Shown here one piece after another: positions 13,519-25,834 of a DNA stretch of 64,000 nucleotides. The stretch's first letter is position 1. Every line of letters begins with the position of its first letter. The notes below the pieces were generated by a model. It was not told where the DNA came from and searched no databases. It was given only the letters and a program-made list of their open reading frames with translations. Source of the stretch: Octopus bimaculoides (Eukaryota); assembly GCF_001194135.2 (NCBI RefSeq), contig NC_068989.1, positions 25,818,614-25,882,613 of the forward strand, read 5' to 3'. A program made the position numbers and the translations under genes.

Positions 13519-14362
13519 GCCACAGTAACGGAGCTAAAACAGGAAAACTGCAGCCGCTTGGCACAGATCGATCTTTACGCTGCTGTGCATGCGCAATAAC
13601 TCTTACCGTTTTAGCTCACTTCCACTGTTTATAGCAGTGCTTGGAAGGAATGTGAGTAGCGACTGATCGTCGCATCGACCATGACAGAGAAAGTTGTGAT
13701 GATGATTTCTACTCAGAGACCTATGCAAAATTGCAGAAAGTGTATGGAGTGGTTGTGTGAGCCGCACACAAGTGTACGAGTGTTTCAGACGTTTCCAAGA
13801 TGGCCGAAAAAATATAGATATTGACGAACATTCTGGGAGACCCCCAACTAGCAGACCTGAGAAAAATATCGCAGATGTGCGTACAACAGTGTAGGGAAAT
13901 CGTTGAATCATCATCCGTGAGTTATCAAAGGATGCACAGATTAGTTATGATTCAGTTCAGTCCATTACAATGGAGATTTGGGTGTGAGACGCGTGTCTGC
14001 CAAGTTTATGCCAAAACGGTTTTCAGCTGACCAAAAAGACACACGGGCTTGCACAAGGTCTCCTTTATTGTGTCGTGAAGGATGAACACCTTTTGAAAAC
14101 TTTACGTAGGGCACTGAGGTCATATCTCCAAGCTTTTGACCAAATTTGATGCAGATTCTCAGTTCAACTTTCACTATCTTTAATGTTACGATTACACGCT
14201 ATATACAAACTGCTGCAAACAGCGGGAGTGAGCTAGAACGTTAAAACCTATTGCTCATGCACTGCAGAGTTGAAGGTCAGTCTGTGCCAAGCGGCTTCAC
14301 TCTGTATGCTTTAGCTTCGTTACTATGGCAGCAGTCCGGATACTTATTAATCAGTCCACGTA
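13519..14362. mobile_element. Mariner derivative with the 5' end present in both orientations
   Basis: Plus strand encodes the HTH region (SETYAKLQKVYG..VSRTQVYECFRRFQDGR..DEHSGRP..GVRRVSAKFMPK). Minus strand 14362-14110 carries a TIR-like end (TACGTGGACTGATTAATAAGTATCCGGACT), a leader and ELRICIKFGQKLG. Confidence 0.8.
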
Positions 14363-14369
14363 TGGTCAA

Positions 14370-14720
14370 GAAGATTTTTTATGAATATCAACAAAGTTCA
14401 ATGAAAGAGACCATCAGGAATGAATACTAAAAGCGTGTTAGAATGGTATTGAATAATGACCTGAACGCCTTGAATAGAACTGAAGTTATAAACTTCCTGG
14501 TGGTTCCAGTCGTTCAGTATAGCTTTCATGGCAACAACTGAAATTTGAGGGCATCCAACATATGGGCATAAAAAACCAGGAAACTACTGACATTAGGAAG
14601 GATGCATAATCTAAACTCAGACGCTCACACGTTCTATCTCCCACGAAAGAATGTTGGTAAATGCCTAACCAAATTTGAAATATCCTTTAAAACAACCACG
14701 ATAGGACACCAGATGTACTT
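14370..14720 (+). mobile_element. R4/Dong-type LINE fragment (post-RT region)
   Basis: VRMVLNNDLNALNRTEVINFLVVPVVQYSF..KTRKLLTLGRMH..FYLPRKNVGKCL, homologous to the 19535-19880 block. Confidence 0.75.
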
Positions 14721-14889
14721 TTAACTCTACGTAAGTTTAGTTTGGTAATATATATTCATCGTCTGAAAATTTTCAGTCTTTATTTACATGTATACATGTA
14801 AATATATTTTGTGCATAAAATCCAAGCCGTCTTATTTGTTTATTCACATAAATGTGTATATATGAATATGTATATAGTTATGTTTAATA

Positions 14890-15630
14890 AAAAATAGCTT
14901 ATTTAAGTTTTGACTTCACATCCTTCGAAAAAGTCAGCTTGCTCAGCAATACATCGTTCCATACATTCCAGTCGCTTTTGGAAACCGGCCTCGAAATCAT
15001 TTAACATCAACAAGTCGAGGTCCTATTCGGATTCTCACACAAATCCAATAACTGTGTTAAAACGGCGACCTTTGACCTACATGTATATCCTGAAGTAAAA
15101 GATGGAAGTCTGCAGTTGAGAAATCTGGTGGTTGGTGAAGCGATACCATTCTTTTTGTGCGAGAAAAGTACAAGGGAGTAGAGCTGGGTGACAGGGTGTA
15201 TTGGATGAAGAATACAGTTATTCGCACTCCACACATGCGGTCACTTTCGCCGCATATCCTACCTCAAACGTCCCAAAACATCACAGTAGAGCTTCCGATT
15301 GAAGGTCTGGCCCAGGGGGACGAATTCCCGATGCACAATGCCGAGGATATCGAAAATCCATAAGCATCCTCTTGATTCAACTGCTGCCCTGTCGTGCATT
15401 TTGAAGCGCCAATGCCTCTCGTTGCCCTGTGCTTAACGAAGGAGGTTGAACTTCTCTGTAGCAGACACCCGAAGCTTAACGCAAGATTTCACATTGGTTG
15501 TTTATCCAAACTTCGAGCCCATGAGAAAAATCGCAGTCTACAGCATATACATGATCACACAAAAAAGGAAAATCACAACTTGCAAAGTAAACACACAAAT
15601 GTCACTCAGCGCGTTGTCTCATCAAGATGA
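14890..15630 (-). mobile_element. Internally deleted mariner (C-terminal DD34D region)
   Basis: Minus strand gives FDILGIVHREFVPLGQTFNRKLYCDVLGRLR..ILH..KGRRFNT..CMERCIAEQADFFEG. Confidence 0.8.
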
Positions 15631-15708
15631 CTGCTAACTCTTATTGCGCGCGCAATATACGCACACAAACACACGCAAGCAGATACACGCACACCCACAC
15701 ACCTATAT

Positions 15709-15751
<43 letters not shown>

Positions 15752-17048
15752 NNNNNNNNNNNNNNNNNNNNNNNNNNNNNNNNNNNNNNNNNNNNNNNNN
15801 NNNNNNNNNNNNNNNNNNNNNNNNNNNNNNNNNNNNNNNNNNNNNNNNNNNNNNNNNNNNNNNNNNNNNNNNNNNNNNNNNNNNNNNNNNNNNNNNNNNN
15901 NNNNNNNNNNNNNNNNNNNNNNNNNNNNNNNNNNNNNNNNNNNNNNNNNNNNNNNNNNNNNNNNNNNNNNNNNNNNNNNNNNNNNNNNNNNNNNNNNNNN
16001 NNNNNNNNNNNNNNNNNNNNNNNNNNNNNNNNNNNNNNNNNNNNNNNNNNNNNNNNNNNNNNNNNNNNNNNNNNNNNNNNNNNNNNNNNNNNNNNNNNNN
16101 NNNNNNNNNNNNNNNNNNNNNNNNNNNNNNNNNNNNNNNNNNNNNNNNNNNNNNNNNNNNNNNNNNNNNNNNNNNNNNNNNNNNNNNNNNNNNNNNNNNN
16201 NNNNNNNNNNNNNNNNNNNNNNNNNNNNNNNNNNNNNNNNNNNNNNNNNNNNNNNNNNNNNNNNNNNNNNNNNNNNNNNNNNNNNNNNNNNNNNNNNNNN
16301 NNNNNNNNNNNNNNNNNNNNNNNNNNNNNNNNNNNNNNNNNNNNNNNNNNNNNNNNNNNNNNNNNNNNNNNNNNNNNNNNNNNNNNNNNNNNNNNNNNNN
16401 NNNNNNNNNNNNNNNNNNNNNNNNNNNNNNNNNNNNNNNNNNNNNNNNNNNNNNNNNNNNNNNNNNNNNNNNNNNNNNNNNNNNNNNNNNNNNNNNNNNN
16501 NNNNNNNNNNNNNNNNNNNNNNNNNNNNNNNNNNNNNNNNNNNNNNNNNNNNNNNNNNNNNNNNNNNNNNNNNNNNNNNNNNNNNNNNNNNNNNNNNNNN
16601 NNNNNNNNNNNNNNNNNNNNNNNNNNNNNNNNNNNNNNNNNNNNNNNNNNNNNNNNNNNNNNNNNNNNNNNNNNNNNNNNNNNNNNNNNNNNNNNNNNNN
16701 NNNNNNNNNNNNNNNNNNNNNNATATATATATATATACATATATATATATAGTTAATTCGAGGAAATCATATCCTCATTAGGGAATTATATAATCCAAGG
16801 TAATCCACTGCTTTCAATCCGTATCCTAAATTGCAAAAGTCATTCGTATATTCTAAGGATTATTGAAATTATCAATATTGAGGGAAAACAAGAAGAAAAT
16901 GGAGAATAAATAGATGTAATTACTAATTTATTTGCATGTTACAAAAAGGTCTCATTAGAAAAAAACAGTACAAATAACTTAATTGATTGGAAGGTAAAAG
17001 ATCAAAGAAAATAGATGAAGGTAAAAAAGAAAGAAAGAACCTAAATAC

Positions 17049-17340
17049 ATATTTCTGTCCTACCATCTAGTTGATGGGAATTTCCTAGCTTCTTGTTTAA
17101 TGCCAAGGGACTTGCCACATTATAACTATATTTTGGTAGGACTTCGTCAGAGTTTGTACGGAGCTAATGAACATAGTTAATCGGTTAATCAAAATAAAAT
17201 CGTTACCTAAGATGCATTAGCTCCATATGAACCTTGACGGAATCCTACCGCATTATAGTTAGGATGTGGCACCTTTCTTGGCATTAAACAAAATGGTTCG
17301 AAATTCTCATGACCTAGATGACGGGACTGAAACATATATG
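17049..17340. repeat. Foldback element with ~125-bp imperfect inverted arms
   Basis: 17049-17170 aligns with the reverse complement of 17212-17340 at roughly 70% by eye (for example TTGTTTAATGCCAAG / CTTGGCATTAAACAA). Confidence 0.8.
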
Positions 17341-17519
17341 TCGGTTCGTTTTTCTTGCGTTTATGTTAATCTATCTTTACTTGAGCTTTCAGCTTACAAT
17401 CAATCTGTTTATACTGTTTTGTTTTTAAAATGTCACCGTTTTTGTAACACAAATAAATTAGTAATTACATCCATTTATTCTCCATTTTCCTTTTCTTGTT
17501 TTCCCACAATATATACTTG

Positions 17520-17571
<52 letters not shown>

Positions 17572-17579
17572 ATGTATGC

Positions 17580-17613
<34 letters not shown>

Positions 17614-17879
17614 ATGTACATATGTATATATGTATTAAATACATATTTATACATACATACATACATATATATGAGTGAGTGGACAAACGATTTAGGGGAA
17701 TCAACAAATTTATTGTGAGTTAAAAGTATGGATCACGCCAGTTCCATTCAATTTCCGTGGTATTCTAGGTACAAATGGGTTGCTGCTTTTACTACATCAG
17801 CATTTCAACTTCGAAGATTTGTTTCTGCCTGTTCGGTTTTGCAGTCTGATCCGTTTTGCTTTTTCATGTTAGTGATTTT

Positions 17880-17910
17880 CTTGTTGCTGTTGTTGTTATT
17901 GCTGTTGTTT

Positions 17911-17942
<32 letters not shown>

Positions 17943-18057
17943 ATTGTTGTTGCTGTTCTTCTTCTTCTTCTTCTTCTTCTTCTTCTTCTTCTTCTTCTTC
18001 TTCTTCTTCTTCTTCTCCTTCTCCTTCTTCTTCTTCTTATTATTATTGAGTGAGAGA
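17880..18057. repeat. (GTT)n-(CTT)n-(ATT) compound trinucleotide tract
   Basis: Read directly. Source of the poly-L, F, K and R pseudo-ORFs. Confidence 0.95.
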
Positions 18058-18573
18058 CAAGCACATGCCATCAAAGTGACACTGCTGTAAAATATACGAA
18101 CCCCATTATACCCATCATGACTACCCGTATGATAAGGGTACAATGGGCACATGCATCACAACCATATTCGCGCGACATGGTGATCTCATATAAAGATAAA
18201 CAGCGTATGACCTCGTAGGTGGGGCCTAGTTACAATTTTCTTCAGGTCCCTGAATGTGCTTTGTTTAAGGATGTTGAGCAAAACACTCATGTTTCCAAAG
18301 TTGAATTATTCAAACCCCCCAAAATTCCTCATAATACATGGCTATGATGCTCCACCACTACTGCTCATGATCAGAGATGCACATATCGTTAGACAGCAAG
18401 GGACATGCTCAACTGGTTATGGTCAAATAACTGACAAGCAAATCTGTGGTATTGAGCAGAATATTTGCTGTAGCCCATCTTTTATACCAAGACAAAACAA
18501 TGTACATGATAACACTTCCAATAAGTTAAGATCAGATTCCATGAGAACCACTGCCTGGTACTGCATCTGGGCA
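18058..18573 (-). mobile_element. ~520-bp non-coding interspersed element (family F) between trinucleotide tracts, copy 1
   Basis: Colinear with 38229-38756, from TGCCC(A/T)GA..GCAGTACCAGGCAG to CTCTCACTC. Confidence 0.85.
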
Positions 18574-18576
18574 CTT

Positions 18577-18588
18577 ATTATTATCATG

Positions 18589-18645
<57 letters not shown>
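18577..18645. repeat. (ATT)n/(TAA)n tract shared by the Dong 3' end and the family F 5' end
   Basis: Read directly. Confidence 0.95.
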
Positions 18646-18648
<3 letters not shown>

Positions 18649-20165
18649 ATTGTTTTATTTCTCAGATCACTCGATCTTGTTTGCACTGGTAGATTCTGTG
18701 AGAGTGGAGAGCAGCCTGCTGTCAAAGGTTTCACGAGGTCACTTTCTGCACATTATAAGATTCTGTACTTGGTTGTTAATTATCGTGGGAGACATTCAAC
18801 AGCCAAACACCAATCTCAAAAATCCTAACTGTCCCCAGCAGCGCAGTTTTAGAGGCTTGATCTGCTCTCATGTCAATTCCAGTTTCCCTGACGTATTTGT
18901 GGAACGTGGTTGCTAGTGCTCCGAGTGCCTCTGCAGCTGTTGGAATGACAGACACTCTCCTCATAGACCACATTCTTGCAATTTCGTCATTTAAGAATCT
19001 GTACTTTTCAATCTTTGCTAACTTTTGCCATATATGTGTGCGTTCCTAGGTTGTGCAATATCTATGATCTTCATTTCCTTTCTTCCTTATGTACCACAAC
19101 ATTATCTGGTCCCCAAGCCTCGATTAAGGAATCACATTGGATTGGAAAATCCCACAGCGTTTTATATTCCTTGTTCTCGTTAAGTCCTTCCTATTCATGT
19201 TCGTACCATTCCGTACTCTGCTCGGAGGGTACTTTTCACATACCTCGTAATGAACGAACTTAGCCATGTTATCCTGCCTCCTTTTGTAGTGACCAGCTTA
19301 CTACACTCACTCACAATATGCAAGATTGTTTCGTTTCTGCTGCCACATATCCTACAAAGGGGCAATTCGCTACACTTATCTTGTTCCTGGGCGCTACACA
19401 TCACTGCCTCAGAGCATCCTTTCAGGTCACATTTTCTTAGTCATCTCCGAATGTTGATCTTGTCTTTTCTTTCGATTACTTTGAGTTATTGGCCATGCAC
19501 TGATCTCATTTTCCAGTTTCTTACTCTTTCGTTTTCATTTTGTTGCTGAAATATTTTGTGGATGCATCACATTTTCGGTTGGCATTGTATTGTTAATTCT
19601 GACAGCGGCAAGAAAGGCTTTGCATTGCTGTTTGATGTACCATCCCAGACTGTTCTTATCGTTGACAATAGCGATCTTGCATCCTATGAGGCTTCTTCCT
19701 ACCCTGTTCCTAGGCACATAAAGCTTGTCAGTATCGTAGTTGCAATGTAGTTCCTTGTTAAATGTCATCACTTTTCTGGTTTTCCTATCCATTTCCTCAA
19801 GCTCGTTCTTTGTTCCCTTAACAACACTTGCACCGTATCGCATTTAAGGAACAGCCGATGTGTTCATTGCCCTAATCTTGTTTTTGTTTTTGATTGAGCC
19901 TAATTCCCGTAATTTGGTTCTGAGATATTCCCGCCTAAAGCTTTCCTTCATTTTACATTCCTTAATTTTGTCGTATTCCAAGTTTCCAAGATATTTATAT
20001 CCATTAGTTTCAATATCCTTGATTTTCTCGCCGTTGTGTAGCTGTACAACATCTGACGACAATACTTTGACTTTTTGTATTATCAGCATAGCACACTTTC
20101 TAGTCCTAAATTCCACTCCGATATCCTTACTGAATATGTGCACCTTTGAAACTGTGGTCAGCCAC
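18646..20165 (-). mobile_element. 5'-truncated R4/Dong-clade non-LTR retrotransposon (RT end, CCHC finger, restriction-like endonuclease, 3' UTR)
   Basis: HIFSKDIGVEF..YKYLG, DRKTRKVMT..LYVPR, CRICGSRNETILHIVSEC, and a terminal VIP..ALG..KTALLGT motif. The 3' UTR ends directly in (TAA)n. Confidence 0.88.
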
Positions 20166-20660
20166 TTTGGGATTTGCACCCCGTTGTTGATCTGGGTAAT
20201 TATCTATCTGAGTAACTATTTACTTGTCCACTTTTATAATTTCATTAATTACTACTATAATATATCTTACTTGCTTGTTCACTACTATAGTTTCACTATT
20301 ATAACTATAATTATAAATTATAATTATATTACCACAGTAAGGCCTAGAAGTTCTACTATTGTCTTTCCTGATTTCTGTAGACAACAAATAATGGCAGATT
20401 TACGGCTGTTGGTTTAGCTACAGATGATGCTGCAGTGCTAAATAGAAGAGCGGGCTTGTTGTGTCTACTAATTTGGCTGTTCGATTGGACTGGTACTTGA
20501 CATGACTGGCGGTGGAATGGGGAGTGTGCGAGTGTATTTTGGAGAGGAGCAAAATCTTGTATACATTACATTTGACCCGTATAGAAACATGCTTATACGG
20601 GCACTATAGTAACCTATGAAATGAAGAACTAACTCTTCTTATTCTGTTTGCGATTTTCAG

Positions 20661-20765
20661 GTTCAGTCGTGCATTGTCTGAGTTGATTCTGCGAAATTAT
20701 TTCAGTGCTTTGTACTTGACTAGCCCTTCATATCTAAGCAATGTTTTCTTCTTTTACGGGGACAG
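20661..20765 (+). CDS. Candidate 105-bp phase 2-2 exon, unidentified gene
   Basis: Pyrimidine-rich acceptor TTCTGTTTGCGATTTTCAG and donor CAG/GTAGAT. Open frame FSRALSELILRNYFSALYLTSPSYLSNVFFFYGD. Confidence 0.25.
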
Positions 20766-21194
20766 GTAGATTTTCCACACGATGGTAATGGCATTCAGTT
20801 TTTCTGATGTTAATATTTAAACTCAAACGTTGTGCAGCTGTTGATCGAACGAAGGAAAAACAGATTATTTTTTGATAACGAAATATTTTCGTCTCGCCCT
20901 GGAAAGATGCTACTGAGTGGTCAATCGTCACCCCCTGTCAGTGGCCAGGAAAATATAATCGCTATGATAAGTTTCATTAATTTCTACCGATTAATCTTTC
21001 ACCCATGTTTCAAGATAAATCCGCCAGTATTTTAACATTCAGTAACATTTCTTGTTCTGCAAATTTCACCAAAGGTAATAATTTAGTCTATCCACACATC
21101 ATGGATAATGAAATTTGAAGCGTTGAGTGTCAGTCTCATTAACAATGCAGCACATACACAAGAAGAGTTGCTAATAACTACCAATTATACTTAC

Positions 21195-21342
21195 AAATTA
21201 GATAGACACCTACAACTTCCTCTATATATAATTGAATTAATCCTGTGTTGTGAATGTGTTTCGGAATCATAGCTACCAAGGAGTATCTTGAAGCACATAT
21301 GTCATCGCTAACGTAATAATACGTAGCCTTCATTTGTATTCT
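21195..21342 (-). CDS. Candidate coding exon, unidentified gene
   Basis: Consensus donor GTAAGT, weak acceptor. Only one open frame: RIQMKATYYYVSDDICASRYSLVAMIPKHIHNTGLIQLYIEEVVGVYLI. Confidence 0.25.
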
Positions 21343-21954
21343 CTGAATTTCCGGATATTTAGATGTAATCATATATCATATATCAATTTTATTTACTTCG
21401 TCATTCAGAAATACGTATACTAAAACAAATCGAGAAAATAAAGGAAAAAAAAATAGGAAGAAGACATTTACAAATGCTTACACAAATATAAGTACCCACG
21501 CCTAACGTACAGAAACTCTTCCACATGCACATATTTACGAATAACTACATGTCTGATAATTAGATTACTGTTGCAAAACTACAGCAGTATACTGTAGTTT
21601 AGGATCATGTTGAAAATAGCATTTGAACAATTTACAAAATTAGATGTTTCCTTGGGCTAAATAACAGTAACATTCGTCCTAATCAGGACTGACACATTAT
21701 GTCAGCAAATGATCTTTACTGTAGAGTACTATTACTGAATGTTTCACGTTCAGCGATTTAGAAATAATAATTATTCTATTTATGAGAAATATTAATGCTA
21801 TCTTTCTAAGTGAACATTTGTTCCTCCTAATCAATCAACAGTGTAACGAGGAATGCCTTCCATCAAATTCGTGCAAATTCCGGACTAAAATATCTTTTTA
21901 TTGCCCCATTCTCTAATCACTACACCTGTTGTTACTGTTGCAATTACTGAATTT

Positions 21955-24538
21955 GTAAGGTCGGAGGTAGCTGAAGATTGTCCACAGGACACGACAGCAG
22001 CCTCCTGAAAGGAGATGATAACATTCAAAATCTTGTTAGGTATAAGAAGCTTTTCCAGAAATATTCATAGTGCTTCCCGGTAAACACTGCCAAAGATCTT
22101 AGTAACGTCAACGAATATCGAAAACAACTTTTGATTTTACTCACGCACCTTCTCCATGACCCGTCGCAAGGAAAAGATCATGTCGAAAGTGCCACGACCA
22201 GTACGAAATCCGCATTGTGATTCTGGATAGATATAATTTACAACCTGTTTGATGAACCTGTCAAGAATGAATCGAGCAAGAATGTTATCAGCAATATTCA
22301 GAAGCGATATTCCACGATGATTATCACATACACTTCTGTTTCTTTTGTTTTTCTAAAGATGTTGAATTGAGGCATCATTGAAGTCCTGTGGTACACGGCC
22401 TACCTTCCAAACGTTTATGAAGAGTTCATGCAGTTTTTTAAAAAGCTTCTGTCCACCATGTTTGTAGATTTCAGGAGAGATGGCATCCTTGCCCGGTGTT
22501 TTACCACTTTCAGGAAGGTTGTCTCCAGAGAGATAGTTCGGATATTTCAGTGTGCAGTGGAACAGACATTACGATGTCTTCATTAGTGATGGAGGTTGAG
22601 TTCAACACGGCTTCAAAGTGATATTTCCATCGTTTTGTCAGTCAGCTGTGTCTCTCTCTATTCGATGAAAAAGTAGAAGTAACACCGTGCTCTGGATGAC
22701 CATACGCTTTCTTGAGGCCATGATAAAAAGCTTAGAATCCTTTCTGCCTGAAGCTTCTTGGAGTTCAGTAGCCTTGAAAGACCACCAAGCCACCTTCATC
22801 TGAACCAGAGCATCTTTGTCTTGGAGGCATTCTCTTTTCTGGATGAGGTCTTATCCAAGTTTTGTGAGAGCTGTGCATTTTATCTATCAATATTTTTGAA
22901 CAGGAAGTCCAAAACATCTACAGATGCAGAGTACGTTGCATCACGGTGAGCCTTCGAGGATGATTCTATGTCATCATTGATATCAACAGTGTTGAGTGCA
23001 ATGTTCAACTTGATAGAGAGCCCAGCCTACTTTTCAATAGTTTTCAAAGGCAGAACATTAATGCGCTTAGGCACTGATCACTTTTGAAGTGTTGTGCGTT
23101 TCAGATAGAACCTAATCTTACTATGAAGAAGAGAACGGTCAGAGAGATAGCAGGCGTTCTGAAAGAAACGCGTAATGTTAAGTCCCAAATTTCGTTTCTT
23201 AGTCTTTGGGATGCCAATCCTTTGATCTAGAATGTATCCAAGTCGTATAGCAACAACTTCGCTGTTGAAAAAAGGTATTTGTTATGCTTAGAATGAATTC
23301 CCTGCATATGGTGAAAACATGCAGACCGCTAGTGTTCGTTCAACCTACACCATAGCGACCGAGTATACCCTACCATGCCTGATAGTCAGTACCAACGTGA
23401 GCATTAAAGTCGCCCTTAAGGATAAGTTTATCCCTATGGTGACAGCTGGAGGTGACATCATGGAATTGGTTGTAAAATTCATCCTTTTCCTGTTCACTGC
23501 TGTCCATGGTTGGGGCATAGCAACTGACAAGCATAACACGAGTGCTGTAATGAAATCCCAACGTTAGTGACATGATGCGATCAGAAAATGTTTGGGTAGA
23601 GAAAGAAGGGATCTAGCTATTTGTGTTTTAATGGCAAAACCAACTCCAGAGTGGCGTGGCTCGTCTTCATTTGTTCCACAACAGAAGAAATATGCATCCA
23701 ACCTTTACTTTTTTCTAACTGTGATGATCCTGCAAGACGAGTTTCTCTAGGTGCAACTATGTCAATGTTGTATTATTTTAGGTCAAGTGCAACAAGTGCT
23801 GTTTTTCGTCCTAGAGCTGAGTAATTGTTTTGGAGAGTGCGCACATTCGAAGAGCCACGGTTAATATTCATAGATGTCATCGTGTTTCGACTGTTTTACT
23901 GTATAACCAGACAGCTACAACAGACTGATAAGTTTAAGGTGAGTAAGTAATGATTTCCATGTTAGGAAAGCAGTGCTGTATCTAAATAGACCTGTATTGT
24001 CACCAATAGATGACGTGGACAGCACTGTTACTCACAGTTGCTGGAACGGCCATCTCTCAGTGATTGCTGACTGTAGAAATCCAGCAAGTCTTTTCCAGTA
24101 ATAACTTGTACCTCTCCCTGCCGCTTTCACTCTCTCGCCAGAAGACTCTGGGATTTTCGTCAAGTTGAAGCTACGTCGTATTGAATGAATACATGCAAAT
24201 AGTCAGAAAAGCCACATACACGATTGGATTTGAGTGTTGAAGGCTTGTGTAGAAGTGATGACAGCAAGAAAATGGTGCACATATGTGCCGCAATGACAAG
24301 GACAACACGCCCCAGGTTTTTTCTTCAGATGTTTCCATCTACTAAACGAGCCGCTATAAAGAAGCTGGAGAGCCTAGTTTACTCCATGAGTCAGAGTTTT
24401 CTGACAGTACAGCCTTGTTAAGGAGACCCTCACCAACCAAAGACCTAGTCTTATATCAGTATTTCCGTCTCCTAGATGGGATGCATTCACCACGGTTAAG
24501 GAGCGACATCTGCCCCCTAAGGTACGGGATTAAATACA
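21955..24538 (-). mobile_element. Degraded RTE-clade LINE (5' UTR, APE endonuclease, N-terminal RT)
   Basis: LVSCYAPTMDS..KDEFY..LILKGDFNAHVG (APE), then HGGQKL..LHELF..VPQDFNDA..CDNHRGISLL..PESQCGFRTGRGTFDMIFSLR (RTE-type RT). Confidence 0.9.
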
Positions 24539-25224
24539 TCAGAAAAAAAAGTATATACACAAACACACATATATAGTTGGATGGCCGTTGACTACTCATG
24601 AGTTCCTCCGCACTTTATGATAAGTTGTACTTGGTTACATGTTACCAGTAACAAACAAGACCGACAAATAGATTCCAAAATGATTCAAAAATAGAATTTT
24701 CGAAAACAATAGATTCCACAATTTAAAGACGGAATAAATTCTAAAATAAAAAAAAACGGTGGGAGCTTTTNNNNNNNNNNNNNNNNNNNNNNNNNNNNNN
24801 NNNNNNNNNNNNNNNNNNNNNNNNNNNNNNNNNNNNNNNNNNNNNNNNNNNNNNNNNNNNNNNNNNNNNNNNNNNNNNNNNNNNNNNNNNNNNNNNNNNN
24901 NNNNNNNNNNNNNNNNNNNNNNNNNNNNNNNNNNNNNNNNNNNNNNNNNNNNNNNNNNNNNNNNNNNNNNNNNNNNNNNNNNNNNNNNNNNNNNNNNNNN
25001 NNNNNNNNNNNNNNNNNNNNNNNNNNNNNNNNNNNNNNNNNNNNNNNNNNNNNNNNNNNNNNNNNNNNNNNNNNNNNNNNNNNNNNNNNNNNNNNNNNNN
25101 NNNNNNNNNNNNNNNNNNNNNNNNNNNNNNNNNNNNNNNNNNNNNNNNNNNNNNNNNNNNNNNNNNNNNNNNNNNNNNNNNNNNNNNNNNNNNNNNNNNN
25201 NNNNNNNNNNNNNNNNNNNNNNNN

Positions 25225-25270
<46 letters not shown>

Positions 25271-25567
25271 GGTGCCGAAGCACTCCTCGCTCTAATGTTC
25301 GAATGCTATAGAGAAAAGCCTAGGGACACAATTTGAAGGACAGCTGTAAGAGTCGACAAACTCGGAACATCGAAGTCTGAGATTACTGATAAATGGTGAC
25401 ACTGAATAGACCGGGTGTTTTGATACCTTTAACATAAGAGAAATATGTTCTCTATTGCATTTGCCTTTTAGCAGTTGAAATATGTCACAAACATATTTTA
25501 ACATAAATCTAAGTTTTGCTTATGCCTAAACACTGCTTGGCGTTACATTTCGTTATATATATATTTA

Positions 25568-25735
25568 TAGGCACGGGAGTAGCTAGTTGGTGAGTAGCTT
25601 GTTTACCAACCACCTGGTTCCAGGTTCAGTCCCACTGCGTGACACCTTGAGCAAGTGTCTTCTATTATAGCCTCAGATCGACCAAACTTTGTGAGTGGAT
25701 TTGGTAGACAGGAACTGAAAGAAGCCCGTCGAATA
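25568..25735 (+). mobile_element. SINE family A head
   Basis: TAGGCACGGGAGT..GGTTCAGTCCCACTGCGTG..GAACTGAAAGAAGCCCGTCG. Confidence 0.88.
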
Positions 25736-25834
25736 TAGATATGTGTATGGGTGTTTGCGCGTCTGTGTGTATGTTTGTGTGTGTGATCTCGGCATCGTCG
25801 GAAAACTTGGAGAGTGGCTACTATACTTTCTAAA

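Noticed and set aside
17728-18828. Poly-L/F/K/R/I ORFs resembling membrane or basic proteins (also 38625-38991)
   Set aside because: Produced by (GTT), (CTT), (ATT) and (AAG) tracts.
21195-21342. Faint resemblance of the candidate exon to small-GTPase switch regions
   Set aside because: No DxxG or NKxD motif, and the similarity is within chance.
24440-24540. HDV-like ribozyme at the RTE 5' end
   Set aside because: Known for the clade, but I could not build a convincing P1-P4 pseudoknot by eye.
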